In this document: positions 1-11,469 of the stretch, piece after piece
Layout of the letters: the number at the start of each line of letters is the position of its first letter
Position numbering within the stretch: the stretch's first letter is position 1
Assembly (NCBI RefSeq): GCF_006345805.1
Contig: NC_043001.1
Span: 23,870,001-23,934,000 of the forward strand
DNA: 64,000 nucleotides
From: Octopus sinensis
Lineage: Eukaryota
Direction: 5' to 3'
Translations under genes and position numbers: made by a program
Notes under the pieces: generated by a model
What the model was told of the DNA's origin: nothing
The model's input: the letters and a program-made list of their open reading frames with translations, nothing else
The model's database searches: none

Positions 1-1024
1 CCTGTAAATCATTCACATCCATGACCACATTGTGTCGTCTATGGCAACAAATCAAGCAATCAGAAAATGTACTGGTCAGTGATCCGTTATACGCACATGC
101 CGGATCTGGCGTCCTTCTACTCCCGTCTGTTCGGTTCAATAAAGGACAAATTTTGGGGGACAAATATTTGATGACACAAAAGAATTGAACGTGGTTGTGA
201 AGAAGTAGGTGCAACAGTGCGCGCCTGAATTTTTCAAAGAGGATTCAAGAAGATGTTTCAATGATAGCAAAAATGCATCGCTTGAGGTGAAGACCATGTT
301 GAATAGTGCCTTTTTTATTGAAGAAGATTTACTCTACCACTATGTGCTATTTGAGCGGCCTTTGTCTCTTAAAAAGAAATATATTCCCACTTTTGCATTA
401 CTTTCGGTATAACCTTTACGCATATGTGTGTGCTCGCGAGCGCATGTGTATGTGTGAGTGTTACAAGATCGCGTGTCTTATAAAATCGGCTTCGTGAATA
501 CCTGTTGTAAAAGAAATAAAAAACAAACTAATCAGGTACAAATTTAATCTCTGGAATCTCCCGGTATAAAACTTGTTAGCAGAAGAATCAGAGACATCCA
601 ATATTATAGAGAATATAAAAACGCAATTCAGTTTCAGAGCTGTTCGTGTTAGTACAATATTGCTATCCGCTTCCTCTTTATGCACTCCGTTTCTTGGAAC
701 CCTGTCCCATATAACAGAACATTCAATAGATCATTCTGACCGTTCTTCTCAATCTACCTTGCTATAAATTCGTCTTATGAGCAGTCACAGTTTAGATCCA
801 ATCAATAATAATATTGTGTTTCGTTAGTTTAGGTGCTGAGCTCAATTCTTCCGCTGATGTGACATGATGGTTAAATGGGTAAAGTACTGGACGGTCAGCC
901 GGTTGTTATTTTGATTCTAATTTCATCGAAGGTATTTTACTGTGTATTTATTTAGTCAGTGCACGTAATTCTATATTTATCAGTTCTCTGGATGCACATC
1001 CATAACCATACGTGCATACATACA

Positions 1025-1195
1025 TAAATACAAATGACATACAAGTGTATACGTGTATCAAACACACACACACAAACATACACGTATATGTATAAATATG
1101 TATGTACGTACGTACCTACGTTCGTACGTATGTATGTATGTATGAATGCATGCATGCATGTATGTATGTATGTATGTATGTATGTATGCATGCAT
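1025..1195. repeat. Compound (CA)/(TATG)/(CATG) microsatellite
   Basis: Simple repeats read directly. Confidence 0.9.
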
Positions 1196-1254
1196 GCGGA
1201 AAATTAATATAGACAGCAGTTTGAAATGTTTTACCAAAAACGTAAACTATATAA

Positions 1255-1963
1255 CGTAAGGGGTATTAGCCAGCTGAATGTGGCTAGCCACTGGGGGGGG
1301 GGTTACTGATGCTTTTAGCCCCAGGCGATCAACGTCACCAGAAGGACTTTAGACACTATCTCAGTGTCCTTGTGTTATTTGCAAAGGGAGGTCATCCTCC
1401 CTCGAAGACCCGAGTACTACATACGGACTATAGTTTCAAGGTAATTGCCTCTCGTCAACGCATGGTAAGCACCGGTCTTCGATGAAGGAGTCCCCTTGCA
1501 AATAATATATAATGTTTTTCACAGTAACCACTGTCACTGATGTAGAAAAACTGTCTGAAAACAATAATAAATCTCTGAACGAGATATAAACAGTAACCGC
1601 TCGACAACGTAAGGGGTATTAGCCATCTGAATGTGGCTAGCCACTGGGGGTGGGAGGTGGGGTGTTACTGATGCTTTTAGCCCCAGGCGATCAACGTCAC
1701 CAGAAGGACTTTAGACAGTATCTCAGTGTCCTTGTGTTATAGTCCGTATGTAGTACTCGGGTCTTCGAGGTAGGATGACCTCCCTTTGCAAATAACACAA
1801 GGACACTGAGATAGTGTCTAAAGTCCTTCTGGTGACGTTGATCGCCTGGGGCTAAAAGCATCAGTAACACCCCCCCCCCCAGTGGCTAGCCACATTCAGA
1901 TGGCTAATACCCCTTACGTTGTCGAGCGGTTACTGTTTATATCTCGTTCAGAGATCTATTATT
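1255..1963 (-). mobile_element. Non-autonomous hammerhead-bearing repeat (Penelope-type/retrozyme-like): ~1.4 direct copies of a 353-bp unit plus an inverted partial copy
   Basis: 1253-1380 recurs at 1606-1740 (offset 353); ~1738-1963 is the reverse complement of the unit; 13-bp TSD GTAAACTATATAA at 1242-1254 and 1964-1976. Confidence 0.8.
1420..1464 (-). ncRNA. Minimal type I hammerhead ribozyme motif (C3U variant)
   Basis: Minus strand CATGCG-TTGACGA-GAGG caatta CCTT-GAAAC-TATA-GTC-CGTATG: 6-bp stem I, 4-bp stem II, GAAA, stem III with palindromic TATA loop, GUC triplet. The core reads UUGACGA rather than CUGANGA. Confidence 0.7.
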
Positions 1964-2110
1964 GTAAACTATATAATTGTAACTAAATGTGACTAAGTTG
2001 TTAGAAGCACCTATATTGCTAGAAATAAGAGCTAAAACGCTCTCATGCTGTAGGCAAAGCACATAATTGTATACATAGACACTGACGGGGACTATAATCG
2101 CCCGATTGAC

Positions 2111-2111
<1 letters not shown>

Positions 2112-2165
<54 letters not shown>

Positions 2166-2175
2166 TATATATATT
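2112..2175. repeat. (TA)n microsatellite
   Basis: Direct reading. Confidence 0.95.
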
Positions 2176-2178
2176 TGT

Positions 2179-2553
2179 ATAGGCGCAGGATTGGGTGTGT
2201 GGTAAGTAGCTTGTTTACCAACCACATAGTTCCGGGTTCAGTCTCACTGTGTGGCACCTTGGGCAAGGAGGACCAAAGCCTTGTGAGTGGATTTGGTAGA
2301 TGGAAACTGAAAAAAGCCCGTCGCATATATGTATATGTATGTATATGTTAGCGAGTCTGTATTTGTTCCCCACCCTCCAACATCGCTTGACAACCGATGC
2401 TGGTGTGTTTACGTCTCCGTAACTTAGCGGTTCGGCAAAAGAGCCCGATAGAATAAGTACTAGAGACCGATAGAATAAGACCTGGGGTCGATTTGCTCGA
2501 CTAAAAGGCGGTGCTCCAGCATGGCCGCAGCAAATGAATATAAGAGTAAAAGA
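2179..2553 (+). mobile_element. SINE group B (tRNA head, CORE-like block, internal TA/TG tract, GAGTAAAA-type tail)
   Basis: AGGCGCAGGA head, GGTTCAGTC B-box-like motif, CACCTTGGGCAAG CORE-like motif; matches ~10 other copies in the window. Confidence 0.85.
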
Positions 2554-2589
2554 ATATCCACCCATCTCTGTATGCGAATAGACATATAC

Positions 2590-2637
2590 AAATATATATA
2601 TATATATACGTATATGTATGTGTGTGTGTGTGTGTGT

Positions 2638-2677
<40 letters not shown>

Positions 2678-2730
2678 TGTGTTTGTGCGTGCGCGCGTAT
2701 ATGTGTGTGTGTGTGTGTATGTGTGTGTGA
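2590..2730. repeat. (TA)n/(TG)n microsatellite
   Basis: Direct reading. Confidence 0.95.
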
Positions 2731-4377
2731 ATGTGTAGCAGATACCGGTTTATCTATGAAAATTATCAGAGAGGTACCCGGTGATTATAGTCTAATGCGA
2801 GATTTATGAATTATATTTCTCGTCCGCTCAACATGATAAGACTGGAGTGAGGTTGACTCTTAAAAACTTTTCACAGCTTAGGATGTATTTGTACTTGCAT
2901 TCGAAATCTTACCGTAAGTCTTCGAAAAGCCACAGGAGATCTCAGTCTGTATTCTCCGACTGTTTATATGAATGTAAAAACTTTAACAATAAGTTATACA
3001 GATTTAATTGTATAGTCTATTTTTTAAAGTAGGTATTTTAATATTTTCTTTCTGATTAAAACAATCATTTTAAAGGTCAAAAGTATTAGAGGCTATTTTA
3101 TTATTTTACTGTTTCTTTACAGTTAAATAAATCTATGCTTAAAAATAAAAATAATTAAGCAAGAACATAACGTATTATATAAATATATTATTCTTGGAAA
3201 TAATCTGAAGAAACAATGATAATATAAATGAAGTAAAAACACAAATATATTATTCTAGAAAATAACGTGAAGAAACAGTGATTCAAAAATGAATCTCAAA
3301 TAATAACTGGCTGGAATTTTCCTTAGGATTATCCGTGGTCGAGACAAATTTTTAATGCCCAGGTGAAAAGGCAACATCCATAACACACTGTGAAATTAAA
3401 GATTAATTAATTCATATGCTTGTATCACGTGGTAATGACACATGCAGTTAATTTTCATTGATCGGCTTTCGAGTGTATGTAGGCGGACATATGTCCGCCC
3501 ACACTTTCTAGAGAATATCTGATGCTCAGTAAAGTGGGGAAAAAGTGTTTGCGAAAGCTGACAAGCAAGGAATATTACTGCTGGATTTATTGAAAATAAC
3601 AACACAGTCATCTTTCCAATAACGTCAACCTGAGGGATTTGAGATGTCGTTATTGTGAATTTTTCGTTGTCTAGGAAGATTTTGTTATTTTATTAAAAAT
3701 GCAGTTAATTAATTCATGAATAAAGGGAGTACAGGAAATAAGAAACAGAAGTATGGCATAATGATTCACTCCTTATTAACTGCTAAAAGCGCAGTAAGCA
3801 ATTTGGAAAGAATATAATACGTAAAAATAATATGACGGAAGCGGACGTAAACAAACTAGCATGTTACCGGTTTTTCTTTTCTTTTACTGAACGATATTTT
3901 TGAAAGAAACTGTTAGCTTGGGATTTCTGTTATTCTGGATGCTGTTATTACGGTACTTTATGGTAATTGAATGAAAGATTTGTAAGGTGTCTAAAAGAAG
4001 AAACTCTTGATACATTTCAAATAATGAGTGAAATTTTATGAGGTTATATTTTTGATATTAATTAATCATAACGATAACATTAGCAGCAAGACGAATTACA
4101 AATTTCCATGTTAATTATTGCATTGAAATTGATGCTGAGACTTGTTGAAATTGCATGGGCTTATTAAAATATTAATCCGGTATACATAAAAGATGCAGTA
4201 TTAATTTAAAATAGTCATCTGCACAGCATATCTAATGTATAAACACAATCGATAGGGTAGTTACTGTGTGGTATTTGTCATGAGATAACATCTCTTATGG
4301 ACATGCTGTATTTAAAAGCACAATAAATATCAGAACAAATACCGCAGTAATGAGCTACCGAAAGTATATATATATAT

Positions 4378-4650
4378 ATCACCGTGACTGACCAGGGTAT
4401 CAGATGTTGCTACACATCGCTGGTCACAATGCGCTTCGCATTGTTTTAGCTTTTCAATGGCTAAGCGAGCAGGCCAACAGAAGGAGTGAGAGAAAGTTGT
4501 GGCGAAAGAGTACAGCAGGGACCGTCACCACCCCCTGCCGGAGTCTCGGGGAGCTTTAGGTGTTTTTGCTCAATAAACACTCACATCGCCCGGTCTGGGA
4601 AACGAAACCGCGATCCTACGACCGCGAGTCCGCTGCCCTAACCACTGGGC
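4378..4650 (-). mobile_element. SINE group C (tRNA-Arg-like head)
   Basis: Reverse complement of the copy at 13350-13605, with the same tail type. Confidence 0.8.
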
Positions 4651-4669
4651 TATATATATAGTGGAGGCG

Positions 4670-4671
4670 CA

Positions 4672-4703
<32 letters not shown>

Positions 4704-4812
4704 TATATATATTATATATATATATATATATATATGTGTATGTATGTATGTATGTATTTATGTATGTATGTATTTATGTATGTATGTATGTGTGTGTGTG
4801 TGTATGTGTGTG
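4670..4812. repeat. (TA)/(TATG)/(TG) microsatellite
   Basis: Direct reading. Confidence 0.95.
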
Positions 4813-4823
4813 TAGAATAAAAG

Positions 4824-4914
4824 AAGGAAAATGCACACAGTTTACAGAGTTTTAATATATTTTTCAATATATTTTTAATATATTAAAACTATGTAAACTC
4901 TGTGCATTTTCCTT
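4824..4914. repeat. Inverted repeat, ~37-bp arms
   Basis: AAGGAAAATGCACACAGTTTACAGAGTTTTAATATAT pairs with 4878-4914 with two mismatches. Confidence 0.85.
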
Positions 4915-4993
4915 AATTTATTTTATATAATGACTTTTGCATTACAACTCACCACGTGGGGATATCGATATTTTCCTCCTCCATGTTTCTTTA

Positions 4994-5045
<52 letters not shown>

Positions 5046-5058
5046 ATATGTATATACC

Positions 5059-5217
5059 CGGTTTGTTAAGTGTCGCCATCTATCAGGAATCCCAGAAATC
5101 GATGTTTCGAGTTTATTGACACTTACTTGTCAATGGGATGTACTTATTGACAAAAGTCAATCAACTCGAAACATCGATGTCTGGAATTCCTGATAGATGG
5201 CGACACTCAATAAACCG
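5059..5217. repeat. Palindromic MITE-like element with nested internal hairpins
   Basis: ~55-bp arms (CGGTTT..GTGTCGCCATCTATCAGGAAT..ATCGATGTTTCGAGTT) enclosing repeated ATTGAC/GTCAAT motifs. Confidence 0.75.
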
Positions 5218-5572
5218 AGTGTTTTCATACCATTTTTACCATAAGGGAGAGATTTCTCCACGGTAAGTGCAGTATATTTGCCTTTTAGCAATCGAAATAT
5301 ATCACGAACGTATTTTAACTGGCCTAAATTTTGCTTATGCCTAAATACTGTTTGGCACTAATATTTCGTTATTTTCCTCGGTCGAGCGATGTACTAGCGC
5401 TGACAGGAGACAATAAACTCGAAACAACAGTGATAGGGATAATCCGAGTGTTTTCACTCCATTTTTTTTACCATAAGAGAGATATTTTCTCCACGGTAAC
5501 TACAATGTATTTGCCTTTTAGTAATTGAAAGATGTTACAAACATATATCAACTAACCTAAATTTTGCTTACA
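5212..5572. repeat. Degenerate ~130-bp direct repeat
   Basis: CCGAGTGTTTTCA...CTCCACGGTAA...CCTAAATTTTGCTTA at ~5212-5342 and ~5440-5572. Confidence 0.7.
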
Positions 5573-6199
5573 CACACACGCGCGCGCGCACACGCACACA
5601 CACATTTTAAAATTCTCTGTATCTACAAAAAAGCATAGTATGTGTGCGTGCGCGTGTTTGTGTGTGTGTGAGCATGTGTGTGTGTTTGTGTGTGTGTGTT
5701 TGTGTGTTTGTGTGTGTAATCTCCTTATCTACAAGAGTGTGCGTGGGTGTGTAGCCTCTACTGAGATGCACTACGTTGACTAGTTATATAATAGAAATAT
5801 TTGTTTAAAGACCGTAATTTCCTTTCAATAACTACGCACGAAATATTTTATGAAGAAGGATATGAATCTGAGTATTATTTTGTATAAACAGAAAAAGATA
5901 ACAAATGGGAATTGAGAAATTAATTATTACCATAACTCAATTTGTTTGGAGAGTAATTTTCAAAGTGCAAGCAACGCCAGCTTCAGTGTTTGTATTTCGA
6001 AATTTGAAACCTCATATAGAGACTAATATATACAAGTACTTCTGATCTGCGCTTCAATAAATCAATGAATAACTTGAATTATAAAAAAAGGTTAAAGATT
6101 CACACTGAATCAAGTGCGACTCTGAGTAAAGTAAAATGAAATGAAAGGGTACAATACTTGATGTATTTTTGTTTTCTTTTGAGAGAAAATATCCTTTCT

Positions 6200-6345
6200 A
6201 CTATAGGCACAAGGCCAGAAATTTTGAGGAAGAGGGCCAGTCAGTTAGATCCACCTCAGTATACAACTGGTGTTTAACTTATAGACCTTCCAAAGGATAG
6301 AAGGTAGAAGCGACTTCGGTGGGATATGAACCCGGAACGTAGCGC
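6200..6345 (-). mobile_element. SINE group A, short tail type, degenerate
   Basis: CTACTATAGGCACAAGGCC tail plus decayed core in reverse orientation. Confidence 0.65.
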
Positions 6346-6349
6346 CAAG

Positions 6350-6945
6350 GATCGACTTTGCCTTTCATCCTTTCGGGGTCGATTAAATAAGTACCAGTTA
6401 CGCACTGGGGTCGATGTTATCGACTTAATCCGTTTGTCTGTCCTTGTTTGTCCCCTCTGTGTTTAGCCCCTTGTGGGTAATAAAGAAATAGAAATAGGTA
6501 TTTCGTCTGCGTTACGTTGTGAGTTCAAATTCCGCCGAGGTCGACTTTGCCTTTCATCCTTTAGGGGTCGATAAATTAAGTACCAGTTACGCACTGGGGT
6601 CGATGGAATCGACTTAATACCTATGTCTGTCCTTGTTTGTCCCCTCTGTGTTTAGCCCCTTGTGGGTAATAAAGAAATAGGTATTTCGTCTGCCGTTACG
6701 TTCTGAGTTCAAATTCCGCCGAGGTCGACTTAGCATTTCATCCTTTCGGGATCGATAAATTTAGTACCAGTTTCGCACTGGGGTCGATCTAATCGACTTA
6801 ATCCGTTTGTCTGTCCTTGTTTGTCTCCTGTATGTTTAGCCCCTTGTGGGCAATAAAGAAATAGGTATTTCTTCCGGCTCAATACGTTCTGATTTTTATC
6901 AGAGAATGACTTTGCCTTTCATCCTTTCTGGGTCGATAAAAGCAC
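6350..6945 (+). mobile_element. Head-to-tail array of four partial SINE A units
   Basis: Repeated GTCGACTTTGCCTTTCATCCTTTCGGGGTCGAT core; units joined at AAAGAAATAG|GTATTTC. Confidence 0.9.
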
Positions 6946-7093
6946 CACAGTGATCAAATTGTTAAGACAATGATCTCTGACCGAGATCAAAATTTCAACA
7001 GTTCGCATTTTTGTACGACCGATCATTGTACTTTATGTAAATAAATCTAAATCTCAAAGTTCTTGTCCTCCTAGTTATAAACGAGAATTTAGT

Positions 7094-7410
7094 GAAGGTA
7101 CATGGCTCAGTGGTTAGAGCGTTGAGCTTACGATCGTGAAGTTGTGAGTTCTAATTCCGGACTTGAGCAAGACACTTTATTTCACGTTGCTCCAGTTCAC
7201 TCAGCTGTAGAAATGAGTTGCGACGTCACTGGTGTCAAGCTGTATCGGCCTTTGCCTTTCTCTTGGAAAACATCGGTGGCGTGGAGAGGGGAGGCTGGTA
7301 TGCATGGGCAACTGCTGGTCTTCCATAAACAACCTTGCCCGGACTTGTGCCTCGGTGGGTAACTTTGTAGGTGCAATCCCATGGTCATTCATGACCGAAA
7401 GGTGTCTCGA
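7094..7410 (+). mobile_element. SINE group D (tRNA-Arg-like head)
   Basis: TGGCTCAGTGGTTAG A-box, GAGTTCTAATTCC B-box-like motif, TTGAGCAAGACACTT block; head shared with 37459. Confidence 0.8.
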
Positions 7411-7527
7411 ATAAATGAGGATTTATAATACATAACTACAAATACAGAACTCGTATTTTTATTGGCAAAATAGTCCCCTAACCGAAACACAGAAACACAT
7501 ATAATCTTTATATTTTCTCTCAACAAA

Positions 7528-7655
7528 AAAGGCGGCGAGCTGGCAGAATTGTTAGCACGCTAGATGAAATGCTTAGCGTTATTTCGTTTGGCGCTACGTT
7601 CCGGGTTCATATCTCGCTGAAGTCGACTTTACTTTACATTGGAAAGTCATCAGTT
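7528..7655 (+). mobile_element. SINE A head fragment
   Basis: GGCGGCGAGCTGGCAGAA...GTCGACTTT. Confidence 0.75.
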
Positions 7656-7790
7656 AATTGTTTATGTAGAGCTGGATTTCATTTACAGAAAATCCTATTC
7701 AAGAAAGTCATTACTAGAGACAAAAGTCTCGTTATGAAAGATGTCACACTTAGCTAAATCACGCAAGAGATAATCTAAAATATAACAGAA

Positions 7791-8195
7791 CTAGCTATTT
7801 TGACCCGTGCTTCGCTCGGGTTTTGGTGGTGGTGTTGATCTGTGCGTGTTGTCTCCTTTTCCCTTTCTTCTTTTGTTCGTCTTCTTTGCCTGGTTCTTTT
7901 TATTACCCTCTTCTTTATCCCCTTTCCAAAATCCCCCAAACTTTTACACTCACAATTAAAGATAACCGCCTCTAGCCCCTGCAGCAACACGAAAAGCCAC
8001 CCTTATTCAAACAGCGCAACCTGTCTATCCCACAAAACTCAATTTTCCCCATATTCCTCACCATGGCAACCAAACGGTAGCCCCCGAGCGACTTGCAACC
8101 CTCCTCACACCATTGCCCATCCCACTTTACCCCACCCCAGTGTAAATTTTGACGCCAATCCGATCCCATCTACCGTCCCTTAAACCGTTTCCAAA
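7791..8195 (-). mobile_element. Non-autonomous Helitron, 3' end
   Basis: On the minus strand, hairpin CCCG-AGCGAAGCA-CGGG lies ~9 nt before CTAG (7791-7794). 5' end not located. Confidence 0.55.
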
Positions 8196-8306
8196 ATGAG
8201 ACAAATAACCAAGAAATCAAAGTTACTCAAATTAATTGTAACTAATGCTTTAATCAAAGTACACTTACGTTATTACTGCAAATAAAATGAAATGACGAAA
8301 TAAATT

Positions 8307-8638
8307 GGATCTTTTCGGTTTGAACGACAGTTTTTAACATAATTTCTAGGTAACTAAAAAATTTAAAACTTCGTATACTGGTAGAATGTGTTTATAAAAC
8401 ATCTTTTTCTCTTGGCTTTATTGAGAAAATTCTATAGTTTGTAAGATATTTGGTCTTTAAGAAACAGATTGGGTTTATTTACATTTGTGAAGAAAAAAAG
8501 ATACTCCCCCTAACCCTAATCCTAACCCTAACCCTAAAACAGATTGAAATACAATAGATCTATACTAGGGTCATAATTATGGGTGACAATTTCATATGAC
8601 ACCGCGAGAAAAAACTGCCGTTCAAACCGAAAAGATCC
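8307..8638. mobile_element. MITE with ~27-bp TIRs and 8-bp TSD (Merlin-like)
   Basis: GGATCTTTTCGGTTTGAACG..AGTTTT / AAAACTGCCGTTCAAACCGAAAAGATCC; TSD AATAAATT at 8299-8306 and 8639-8646; internal (CCTAAC)n. Confidence 0.8.
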
Positions 8639-9573
8639 AATAAATTATCTGCGTTGCACTTCTTTGCTAAAGACCTGATAGCATTGAATGTGGCGGAGAA
8701 ATGTTCATTCTTCAATGGCGTACTCCTATTTCTTAACATATTTGCCATCAAATGTTTAATTTACTTTTTGAGCATATTTCATCTACACGAAAGCTCACAG
8801 CCCGAACAGAATTTATGGGTGACAGGCGGTTACTTTTCAACATAGGCATAAACAAATAACGTGATCATCTAGGCGCATTAATTTCTTTACTGTTTCTCGC
8901 CAGAATACACCCTCCACGTGTTATTCTATAATCAATAAAAAGCAAAATAGACTTCATTAGAAGCTATTAAATTTTGACTTTAACAGTATGGCTATTTATA
9001 TTTCTTATTCTCGTAGGATTTAATTTCTCTTGCTCTTATAAACAGTCTCATCGTAGAATCGGTTGTTTTAACCTTTTAAAGCCAGCCTAGTAATAGAATG
9101 GTTGATTTAATCTTTTTATCTTCAGGAAAAGCAAACAAAGAAACAGAGACAAAATAAAATAAATAAAACATAAATAAGTTTATTATTAAGTAGCAAAATA
9201 TGTATACACACAAACATACGTACGTAGATGTATTTATACATTCACAAACACAAACGCATATATACGCAACGTTTAAATATACATACATAATGCATACACA
9301 TATATCAACGCATACGTATATTTAAGAATGTACTTACATACGTGTATAAGATAAGAATTTAAATGCTTTTATAATATATCATCTAAATGTGTATACAATG
9401 TTTATATAGATACATTGGCTTAGGTGTCTTTAGTATAGTCCATTCTGTTACAAGTATTCGGATGAAGCCTCCACTCAGATTTATTTTCTCTCCTTCTCTC
9501 CCCTGTTACAGAAACTCTGAAAAGAGCCATGAATGCTGCTCTTCTTTCTGCAAGTAAACCACTAGGCATGGTT

Positions 9574-9855
9574 GTGGAGGCGCAATGGCCCAGTGGTTAG
9601 GGTAGCGGACTCGCGATTGTAGGATCGCGGTTTCGATTCCCAGACCGGGCGTTGTGAGTGTTTATAGAGCAAAAACATCTAAAGCTCCACGAGGCTCCGA
9701 CGGGGTGGTGGTGGCGATCCCTGCTGTACTCTTTCGCCACAACTTTCTCTCACTCCTACGACAGACCGGCGTCCCGTCCAGGTGGGGAGCCTATACGCCA
9801 CGGAAACCGGAAACCGGCCCTATGAGCCAGGCATGGCTTGAAAAGAAAGGAACAA
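9574..9855 (+). mobile_element. SINE group C, full length
   Basis: GTGGAGGCGCAATGGCCCAGTGGTTAGGG head, GGTTTCGATTCCC B-box; TSD ACTAGGCATGGTTGTG at 9561-9576 and 9856-9871. Confidence 0.9.
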
Positions 9856-10096
9856 ACTAGGCATGGTTGTGCACTGAAGAAATTCTATTCGCAACCTCCG
9901 TTCACTATTACTGTGCGGTACCTTGGGCAAGTGTCTCTTCTACTACAGCCCCGAGGCGACCTTGTGAGTAAAATTTGGTTGGCGGAAACTGCGTGGAAGT
10001 CCGTGGTTGACATGCTGCGCTAAATGGTCCTTCTTCGTTTTGGACATCACCTGGTCAATGGCGACCTTCAGAATTAGTATTGGGCAGAGAGCTGGC

Positions 10097-10330
10097 AAGG
10101 CGGCGAGCTGGCAGAAACGTTAGCACGCCGGGCGAAATGCTTAGCGGTATTTCGTCTGCCCGTACGTTGTGAGTTCAAATTCCGCCGAGGTCGACTTTGC
10201 CTTTCATCCTTTCGGGGTCGATAAATTAAGTACCAGTTACGCACTGGGGTCGATGTAATCGACTTAATACCTATGTCTGTCCTTGTTTGTCCCTTCTGTG
10301 TTTAGCCCCTTGTGGGTAATAAAGAAATAG
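10097..10330 (+). mobile_element. SINE group A, full length, long tail
   Basis: Head, GAGTTCAAATTCC B-box, core, tail ending AATAAAGAAATAG. Confidence 0.9.
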
Positions 10331-10371
10331 GTATTGGAACATATCGGATTAATCTCCCTTTCAAGAACGCT

Positions 10372-11200
10372 CTAAACGGAAAGGAAGTAGAGATTGGAAG
10401 TCACAAGTTTGGTGTTACATGATTGTAAAGATTGATATCCATTCTTGGGTAACGTGAACTTTGTCAGAAGGTGCTTAGCAACTGTCGATAACACCTCAAC
10501 GTATCCAGTAACATTAATTCTAAGATCATGTGGTAAGCTGAGAGGTAGAATGACATGACTTTCGTTAACCACCACTTTTAAGACCACCATGGTTGCTGGG
10601 AACTTAGTGTGCATCACTCCGAAGGCATCAGAAGGATCTATATATATAGCCATCTGTAATTTCTCCTCTTAGACTTTTAGTTTTGGTCAAAGTTTTTCTC
10701 AACAAAGAAGAACGAGAGTATGCCATGTGCGTGAGGAGTTTTGAACCTTGTTAAGTAACTGTTTGCTATGGATCAAATGGTTTTCCAATATCCTTGCAGA
10801 CATGAAACGACCTCTCTTCAGTACATATGACTGTTATCGAATGTCCTTGTGCACAAGAATTCTGATAGTCCACTCCGATACCTGAAGTTCTTTGGTGATG
10901 GTCCTTATTGATTTTCTGGGATCATCATCGACAATGTTTTGAATACTTTGAATAAATGTCGGTCGCTTTGTAGTGTTACAACGTTTAGAAATGTTTCCTG
11001 TTTTGATTGTATTGGAACATTCCTGCCAGAGGCTCCTAATTCCACCCGAAATTTGTGTACAAAAGATCTTGCCACATTTCGGAAGGTTGACAAGTTCTAA
11101 ATCCCCGTGTTCCTCACATATAGCAACAATGGATGCATGTTTTTCCGTTTTTTATGTCTTAGAATTTTATCTGCGGGGATCTGAAAGAAATAAAGAAGTT
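10372..11200 (-). pseudogene. Decayed Tc1/mariner-superfamily transposase (possibly DD37D/maT-like)
   Basis: Fragments FRNVARSFVHKFRVELGASG and MHTKFPATMVVLKVVVNESHVILP...LRINVTGYVEVLSTVAK resemble such transposases from recall; many stops and frameshifts. Confidence 0.7.
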
Positions 11201-11469
11201 GATTTGAAGAGGGTAATATACGAATAATTAAGTGTCCTCAGACACCTCTCGCCGACTGTTGGAAAAATATTGAGAAAAAGTTAAAAGTGTGTCAAAATTT
11301 TCTTTGAAATATATATTGTGTAATTGAAACAAGAGGAGAATAATTTTATTTCATGTGTTTATATATATGTATGAAAATAAAAATATAAAGATACGTTTTC
11401 TCAGAATAAATGTTTTGTATCATAGTTCAACAGAAATTATATTGGTATAAGTATTATTAAGATGAGCTT

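Noticed and set aside
1-780. Short ORFs 209-412, 461-685 and 573-767 as host exons
   Set aside because: No recognisable domain or consistent splice pattern; cannot be excluded without a homology search.
3482-3499. 18-bp perfect palindrome GGCGGACATATGTCCGCC
   Set aside because: Isolated, with no partner TIR or family context; function cannot be assigned.
6350-6945. Regularly spaced repeats resembling a CRISPR array (also 32574 and 48358)
   Set aside because: Units are ~170-bp SINE copies without unique spacers; eukaryotic context and no cas genes.
8509-8536. Telomere or chromosome fusion site
   Set aside because: Only about four units, inside a MITE present twice.
9574-9650. tRNA-Arg-like gene (also 7094 and 37459)
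   Set aside because: No closed acceptor stem; continues into a SINE body and has a TSD.
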